A stretch of DNA of 64,000 nt, taken from Bacteroidales bacterium (GTDB lineage Bacteria > Bacteroidota > Bacteroidia > Bacteroidales > UBA4417). The position numbers and the translations under genes were made by a program. Below the pieces are notes generated by a model, which saw nothing but the letters and a program-made list of their open reading frames with translations, was not told the DNA's origin and made no database searches. Shown here one piece after another: positions 58,023 through 64,000 of this stretch. The stretch is taken from positions 3,478 through 67,477 of the forward strand of contig JBBQSY010000004.1 in NCBI GenBank assembly GCA_038213495.1, in the 5' to 3' direction. How positions within the stretch are numbered: the stretch's first letter is position 1; each line of letters opens with the position of its first letter.

Positions 58023-59144
58023 ATGATTCGAATTGGAATTACCGGTCAGGCCGGGTTTGTTGGTACATATCTTTATAATTTCCTTGGATTGCAGGAAAGT
58101 GTTGAGCGTATAGCATTTTATGATTCATATTTTGAAGACGAACAATTGCTCCGGAAATTTACTGGACAATGTGATGTTATTGTTCACCTTGCTGCCATGA
58201 ACCGGCACCATGATCCGGAAGTATTATACAAAACGAATATCCTCCTGGTCGATAAACTGATTGGAGCGATGGAAGCAGAATCAGTGACACCATATGTCCT
58301 TTTTTCATCATCCACCCAGGAAGAACGCGATAATAAATACGGAAAATCAAAAAAAGAAGGCCGGGAACGGTTTTTGAATTGGGCAGATAAGAATAATGCC
58401 GGTTTCACAGGAATGGTTATACCTAACGTCTTCGGGCCTTTCGGGAATCCTTATTATAACTCAGTTGTCGCTACTTTCTCGCATCAGCTTACACATAATG
58501 AGCAACCTAAAATTGATGTCGACGGGAACCTGAAACTTATTTATGTTGGCGAACTGGTAGGTGAAATTTGGAAAATAATACAAAATAAAACGTTTGTACC
58601 CGAATATCAAGTTGAGTTTACTTCTGAGAAAAGAGTTTCAGAAATTTTGTCAAAACTTGAGGACTACAAACACCGGTATTTTGAGAATACAGTATTTCCG
58701 GAAATAAATAACAGGTTCGAGCTGAATCTTTTTAACACATTCCGTTCTTATATTGATCATTCTATCCATTTTCCTGTTGCATTAACAAAACATACCGATA
58801 ACAGAGGCAGCTTTGTCGAAATCGTTAAATCGGCAATCGGGGGACAATTCTCCTATTCCACAACACATTCAGGCATTACACGCGGGGAACATTTTCATAC
58901 CCGAAAGATAGAGCGATTTGCGGTAATCCAGGGAAAAGCCGCCATCGAATTACGTAAAATCGGCACTGATGAGGTGCTGCATTTTGAACTTGATGGTGAA
59001 AATCCTTCTTTTGTTGATATGCCGATATGGTATACCCATAATATCACTAATATTGGCTCAGAGGACTTATTGACTTTGTTCTGGATCAACGAATTTTTTG
59101 ACCCGGCTGATCCTGATACTTATTTTGAAAAAGTCAGACCTTAA
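58023..59144 (+). CDS. fnlB: FnlB/CapF-type bifunctional reductase/epimerase (SDR domain + C-terminal cupin)
   Basis: N-terminal IGITGQAGFVG Rossmann domain. C-terminal cupin-like block GITRGEHFHTRKIERF...WYTHNITN. It lies between the FnlA-like and 2-epimerase genes. Confidence 0.75.
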   Translation: MIRIGITGQAGFVGTYLYNFLGLQESVERIAFYDSYFEDEQLLRKFTGQCDVIVHLAAMNRHHDPEVLYKTNILLVDKLIGAMEAESVTPYVLFSSSTQEERDNKYGKSKKEGRERFLNWADKNNAGFTGMVIPNVFGPFGNPYYNSVVATFSHQLTHNEQPKIDVDGNLKLIYVGELVGEIWKIIQNKTFVPEYQVEFTSEKRVSEILSKLEDYKHRYFENTVFPEINNRFELNLFNTFRSYIDHSIHFPVALTKHTDNRGSFVEIVKSAIGGQFSYSTTHSGITRGEHFHTRKIERFAVIQGKAAIELRKIGTDEVLHFELDGENPSFVDMPIWYTHNITNIGSEDLLTLFWINEFFDPADPDTYFEKVRP

Positions 59145-59248
59145 CGACAAGTATCATATTGAAGTGATTTTCATTTATTGACTTTTCCTAAAATCAATAA
59201 AAAATAACCGGATTCTCAGAATCAAATTCAACGTATTATTCCTTATTT

Positions 59249-60382
59249 ATGATGCCAGCTAAATTAAAAATAGTAACGGTTGTAGGAACCAGACCAGAAA
59301 TAATCAGGTTGTCCCGGACCATGGCCTTGCTCGACAAATATGTTAACCAGATCATAGTACATACCGGTCAGAATTATGATTATGAATTGAACGAAGTGTT
59401 CTGGAGCGATTTGGAATTAAGGAAACCGGATCATTTTCTGGGTATTGATACCGCTACGCTTGGATCGGCTGTTGGTGATATACTGCGTAAAACCGAAGAT
59501 ATACTGAAGAAAGAAAAACCAGATGGACTTATTGTATTAGGAGATACAAACTCCTGTCTTTCGGCTTATATGGCTAAAAGAATGCACATACCGGTATTTC
59601 ATATGGAAGCTGGTAACCGCAGTTTCGACTTTAATGTTCCGGAGGAGACCAACCGCAGAATAATTGACCATATTGCTGATTATAATCTGGTGTACACCGA
59701 GCATGCCCGCCGACATCTTTTAAGTGAGGGTTTACAGCATCGCAGGATTTATCTTTCCGGATCCCCGATGCGTGAAGTGCTTGACTATTATCGTCCTAAG
59801 ATCAATAATTCCGAAATACTGGCTCAACTCGGACTCGAAAAAAATAAGTATTTTGTTATTTCGACCCACCGTGAAGAAAATGTTGATAATCCGGAAAACC
59901 TCACAAAAATATTAAAGGTACTTGATGAGTTGGCTAAAACTTATAAGTTACCTGTTATTGTCAGTACGCATCCACGAACCCGGAAGCGTATAGAGCAATT
60001 GGGTGAAACACTGCACAATGAAAAGATTCAGTTTTTAAAACCATTTGGGTTTCTTGATTATGTTCATCTTCAGCAACATGCGTTATGTACCTTGTCGGAT
60101 AGCGGAACGATAAGTGAAGAATCATCCATCTTGGGGTTTCCTGCAATTTCATTGCGTCAATCCATGGAAAGGCCCGAAGCCCAGGATACCGGCTCAATAA
60201 TACTAACCGGATTTGATCCTGATGTTATTCTCAATTCAATTGAATTGGTAATAAACGAAACAAAGGAAAGAAATTCATTCAGCATTCCTGGTGATTATCA
60301 GATTGCGGACACTTCCTGGAGGGTTGTAAAACTGATACTGGGTAATTGTAAATTGAGTAATCTTTGGAATGGGATAAATTAA
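59249..60382 (+). CDS. fnlC: UDP-N-acetylglucosamine 2-epimerase, non-hydrolysing (FnlC/CapG/WecB family)
   Basis: VVGTRPEIIRLS, VLGDTNS, HMEAGNRSFD, PEETNRRIIDH and LSDSGTISEE are family blocks. Confidence 0.88.
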   Translation: MMPAKLKIVTVVGTRPEIIRLSRTMALLDKYVNQIIVHTGQNYDYELNEVFWSDLELRKPDHFLGIDTATLGSAVGDILRKTEDILKKEKPDGLIVLGDTNSCLSAYMAKRMHIPVFHMEAGNRSFDFNVPEETNRRIIDHIADYNLVYTEHARRHLLSEGLQHRRIYLSGSPMREVLDYYRPKINNSEILAQLGLEKNKYFVISTHREENVDNPENLTKILKVLDELAKTYKLPVIVSTHPRTRKRIEQLGETLHNEKIQFLKPFGFLDYVHLQQHALCTLSDSGTISEESSILGFPAISLRQSMERPEAQDTGSIILTGFDPDVILNSIELVINETKERNSFSIPGDYQIADTSWRVVKLILGNCKLSNLWNGIN

Positions 60383-60536
60383 TTGTTGCCAATCAGGTTG
60401 GCTTATGTTATACAATCAGTAAAATAACCTGATGGTAATGCGTTTCCCAAGAAGTATTATATAAATGCATTCTGATGCCGGTTTTCATCTTTCATACCTA
60501 TGTAAATTCTAATCTGAAATATTTGTACAGATCACT

Positions 60537-61712
60537 ATGAGTTTTGTTATCCTTGGTGAGTTATTCACATTCCCGGAAGGAAATGCCGCAACAAACCGGG
60601 TATATAATTATGCCAAAGGCTTTATTGAAAACGGTATAAACTCCTATGTAATCTGCTTTCGCGATGAGTATACTCCTATAAAAATGGGTGTTTCCCAGGG
60701 AGTCAAATATTTTATTCCTTTTTCACCAGTAAAAAAAAGTGATTCATTTTTTTTAAAAGTATGGTTTAAGGTTTCAAAATACATCAATACAGCCAGAATT
60801 CTCAGGCAAATAAATAAAAAGGATCCTGTTATTGCTATAAATTGCTATTCCCGGTTATTTACCACACGATTGTTCAGCTATTTCCTTGCTAAATTATGCC
60901 GGGCAAAGCTGGTTTTCGAAAGCAGCGAACACCCTTTACAGTACGAAGACAGAAGCCATTTTTATAATCGGATCAAGGTCGATGTTGAACTGTTTATTGG
61001 ATTATACCTGGCGGACGGTATATTATGCATCTCAAATTATCTGGTTGAATTTTATAAAAACAGGGGTATAAAGCAAAAGAAACTTTGTATCGTTCCAAGT
61101 ACGGTTGACACAACAAGATTCATTAACAACGAACCGTCGCCACTGCCGTTTCAATATATAGTTTACTGCGGTGGTTTATCCATATTAAAAGATGGCGTAA
61201 ATGTGTTAATCAGATCATTCGCAGCAATTTCGCCCAGGTATCCGGACCTTTCTTTAGTATTGATCGGCAAAGGTGATTCTAAAAATGAAGAAGAAGTGTT
61301 GAAACAACTGGCTTTAAAATTACGAGTTGAAAAATCTGTGTTCTTCTTAGGTCAGATACCTCGAAATGATATTCCAAAATACCTGAATCATGCAAAAATT
61401 CTAGCTTTGGCCAGGCCTACAAGCATCATTGCCGACGCAGGATTCCCGTCAAAATTAACCGAATATCTGGCAACAGGAATTCCGGTGGTTGTTACAGAAG
61501 TAGGTGAAATACCCAATTACCTTTTTGATAACGAAACAGCCTTTTTATCAAAGCCAGACAGTAATATTGCTTTTGCTAATAAATTGGACGAGGTACTAGC
61601 GGATTATACACATGCCATGGAAGTAGGCCAGCGAGGGAAACAGTTAACCAACACTGTTTTTAATTATACCTATCAGGCAAAACAGGTTATCGAATTTATT
61701 AAATCTTTGTAA
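60537..61712 (+). CDS. glycosyltransferase family 4 (candidate L-FucNAc transferase, WbuB-like position)
   Basis: FPEGNAATNRVYNYAKGF is at the N-terminus. HAKILALARPTSIIADAGFPSKLTEYLATGIPVVVTEVGE is the EX7E region. Confidence 0.8.
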   Translation: MSFVILGELFTFPEGNAATNRVYNYAKGFIENGINSYVICFRDEYTPIKMGVSQGVKYFIPFSPVKKSDSFFLKVWFKVSKYINTARILRQINKKDPVIAINCYSRLFTTRLFSYFLAKLCRAKLVFESSEHPLQYEDRSHFYNRIKVDVELFIGLYLADGILCISNYLVEFYKNRGIKQKKLCIVPSTVDTTRFINNEPSPLPFQYIVYCGGLSILKDGVNVLIRSFAAISPRYPDLSLVLIGKGDSKNEEEVLKQLALKLRVEKSVFFLGQIPRNDIPKYLNHAKILALARPTSIIADAGFPSKLTEYLATGIPVVVTEVGEIPNYLFDNETAFLSKPDSNIAFANKLDEVLADYTHAMEVGQRGKQLTNTVFNYTYQAKQVIEFIKSL

Positions 61713-61824
61713 CACTTATGTTGTCAGCATATTATTCGGGATCTATCAAAAATGCGGTTCTATATTCATGGCCTGGGTATAACACTCATGAGAAGTCAAT
61801 AAATCAGCTAACTAACACTGGCGT

Positions 61825-62997
61825 ATGACTTATTTGATTTTTGGCGACACTTTTACATTCCCGGAAGGATCAGCAGCTACAAATCGGGTATACAATTATG
61901 CGAAAGGATTTATAAAAAATGATGTAAATATCGAAATCCTTTGTTTCAACAATTCATATTCAGGCAATAAATCAGGAACAATAGAGGGGATAAACTATTA
62001 CAGTGCTTTTGAACAGACACATAGAAGCAGATGGTTTGTCAAACGCAGGTGGTTTCAATTGGTTAAATACTATAATTCATATAAAATAATTAAAGCAATT
62101 AATCAGATGGATCATGTAAAAGTAATTCACTGTTATACATCTTTATTCAAAACACAGTTATTTGCATTTATTTTATCCCGCTTATTCGGAGCCAAACTGG
62201 TAATGGAACGTGGTGAGCATCCTATGCGAAACTTTACCGGTTCGACACTAAATAAAATCCAGGGTAAAATACGACTAACAATTGAGCCATTGTTAAGTGA
62301 TGGTATTTTCTGCATATCGCAATTTCTGATAGATTTTTACCTGGATAGAGGCGTTAACAAGAAAAAGTTGTTTCTGAGTCCAAGTACTGTTGATAACGAA
62401 AGATTTCAGAATGCATATAGTGTGCCTTTTCCCTTTGAGTATATTTTATATTGTGGCAACTTATCCGCGCAAAAGGATGGAATTCCTATACTTATTGAAA
62501 GTTTTTCGAGGCTCGCTGAGAAATATCCGTTTGTAAAACTGGTATTAGTTGGTAGTTCGGATACCAAACAAGAAGAAGATTCTTTTAAGGATATTGTAAA
62601 TGAATTAAATATTGATGAACGTGTAGTATTTGTAGGACAGGTACCACGTATTGAAGTACCCGCTTATATGTGTCATGCGAAAATCCTTGCCCTGGCACGA
62701 CCGGATAGTATAGTTGCCGAAGCCGGATTTCCATCGAAATTAACGGAATACCTGGCAACCGGAAACCCGGTTTTAGTTACTGAAGTGGGCGATATACCGA
62801 TTTATTTACACGATAAGGAAAATGCTTTTATTGCATTGCCTGATAATGTTGACTCCTTTACAGGAAAACTTGATTTTATCCTAAGTAATTATGAGTTTGC
62901 CAAGCAGGTCGGGCTGAAAGGCAAGGAATTATCCGGTTCTGTTTTTAACTACGCGTATCAATCAAATAGAATTATTAACTATATCAGCTCATTATAA
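61825..62997 (+). CDS. glycosyltransferase family 4, tandem paralogue of the preceding gene
   Basis: Collinear with 60537..61712, roughly half of positions identical by eye. Shared blocks are FPEGSAATNRVYNYAKGF and HAKILALARPDSIVAEAGFPSKLTEYLATGNPVLVTEVGD. Confidence 0.8.
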   Translation: MTYLIFGDTFTFPEGSAATNRVYNYAKGFIKNDVNIEILCFNNSYSGNKSGTIEGINYYSAFEQTHRSRWFVKRRWFQLVKYYNSYKIIKAINQMDHVKVIHCYTSLFKTQLFAFILSRLFGAKLVMERGEHPMRNFTGSTLNKIQGKIRLTIEPLLSDGIFCISQFLIDFYLDRGVNKKKLFLSPSTVDNERFQNAYSVPFPFEYILYCGNLSAQKDGIPILIESFSRLAEKYPFVKLVLVGSSDTKQEEDSFKDIVNELNIDERVVFVGQVPRIEVPAYMCHAKILALARPDSIVAEAGFPSKLTEYLATGNPVLVTEVGDIPIYLHDKENAFIALPDNVDSFTGKLDFILSNYEFAKQVGLKGKELSGSVFNYAYQSNRIINYISSL

Positions 62998-63181
62998 ACC
63001 CGGAGTGTTTTCTTGCATACCCCAAATTCATCAACCTTTTGGTTTGCAAAGGATTCATGCAAGTACTCTTTAACCCATTCAATTTGTAAATGCTTTATCA
63101 ATAGCAGTAATCTTAAATTGCAATATTGGCAATTCTATCAGATTCGTTTTTAGTGAGCCAGAGTTTTAACAATACAATTTA

Positions 63182-64000
63182 ATGCAGGCAGTTTTTACAT
63201 ATAAATTAGATGATGATGAAATCCGAAACATACATAAGTTTTGCGAATCGGCAGAAAGCTGTTCCATAGAACAGTGTCCGGACTGGAAGAAGTTATTTCC
63301 GGAGACAAAATTTTGTTATTTTTATTTATACGATGAATCAGGAATTAAAAGTTATAGCCAGATAATTGAATCACATAGGTTGGCGCAAATCAATTATGGT
63401 CCGGTTTGCCCCGATAAAGATGATATGGTCGATTCAATAAGTGAGATTATTGAATATTACAGAAAGAAGCATTTTCTTTTTTTAAGCATTCAGTTATACT
63501 TCAAATCAGGATATGAAACTGATTATGTTGAATACAAACTAAATAAAAAATACAAAATAAAATATATTTTCGACAATGCAAATACCAAATCATCCATTGA
63601 GATTGATCTTGAAAACAATATGGATGACATCTTCAGGAATTTCTCAAAAGGACATAAAAGTGACGTAAAGAAGGCGAAAAAATTAGGCATAACCACTGAG
63701 ACTATAAATAATTTATCCGACCTGGGTGTATTTAATGAAATTTACACGAAAATGTGTGAAGTGCGTAATATCGACAGGGGTGAGCTCCGGGCTGATGCCA
63801 TTTTTGAGCTATACGACTTACTGAAATCTAAAAACAGAGGAAAAATACTTATTGCAAGAGATAAGTCCAGGCAAATTGTAGGCGGAGTGATCCTGGTAGC
63901 ACAGGGAAATACAATCCGATATTTTAAAGCCGCCACTGATCTCGAAATGCGAAGTCTGCCTATTACTCACCTGTTGATTTTTGAGGCAATTAAACAGGCA
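63182..64000 (+). CDS. FemAB-like / GNAT-fold aminoacyltransferase family protein (3' end beyond window)
   Basis: Absent from the ORF track because there is no stop in the window. My translation from the ATG at 63182 is open for 273 codons: MQAVFTYKLDDDEIRNIHKFCE...FRNFSKGHKSDVKKAKKLGIT...ILIARDKSRQIVGGVILVAQGNTIRYFKAATDLEMRSLPITHLLIFEAIKQA. The KGH+S..KKA.K.G and 'G..l.....t..Y..aa.d....l.....L..e.i' pattern is what I recall for FemAB/Acetyltransf_6 proteins. Confidence 0.6.
   Translation, partial: MQAVFTYKLDDDEIRNIHKFCESAESCSIEQCPDWKKLFPETKFCYFYLYDESGIKSYSQIIESHRLAQINYGPVCPDKDDMVDSISEIIEYYRKKHFLFLSIQLYFKSGYETDYVEYKLNKKYKIKYIFDNANTKSSIEIDLENNMDDIFRNFSKGHKSDVKKAKKLGITTETINNLSDLGVFNEIYTKMCEVRNIDRGELRADAIFELYDLLKSKNRGKILIARDKSRQIVGGVILVAQGNTIRYFKAATDLEMRSLPITHLLIFEAIKQA

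Noticed and set aside
63001-63181. Inverted repeats CTTGCAT/ATGCAAG and CCTTT/AAAGG after the last GT4 gene, considered as a terminator or element boundary.
   Set aside because: The stems are short and AT-rich with long loops and no T-tail. This is not distinguishable from chance in AT-rich DNA.

Overview
AT-rich chromosomal segment that looks Bacteroidota-type: it has T9SS C-terminal sorting domains, a CarboxypepD_reg-type TonB-dependent receptor and TAnnTTTG-like -7 boxes. I count about 50 protein-coding genes. I could not recognise any rRNA, tRNA, CRISPR array, transposase or integrase. Positions 1-43.9 kb are mostly housekeeping genes (CCA-type nucleotidyltransferase, miaA, ligA, dapA, lon, type-B L31, serC-serA, YggS, PiT/DUF47, a hybrid histidine kinase) mixed with secreted peptidases and a TonB receptor. 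A 1.18-kb ORF-free spacer (43863-45044) then precedes a surface-polysaccharide locus that is more AT-rich by eye. This locus runs from 45045 off the 3' edge. It contains Wza, a Wzc tyrosine autokinase, Wzm/Wzt, a Wzy/WaaL-like membrane protein, several glycosyltransferases, an ATP-grasp enzyme, an FnlA/B/C-like UDP-L-FucNAc module and a FemAB-like protein. The best candidate for an undescribed system is a tight five-gene operon at 1947-7482: a KamA-family radical-SAM aminomutase homologue, 3-oxoacid CoA-transferase subunits A and B, a GSA-aminomutase-like class-III aminotransferase and a PaaJ/PcaF-like thiolase. The canonical lysine-fermentation partners are absent from the window. The five activities chain into a hypothetical alpha-amino acid -> beta-amino acid -> beta-keto acid/CoA -> thiolysis route. 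All functional calls come from motifs read in the supplied translations and from recalled family knowledge; no database search was run.
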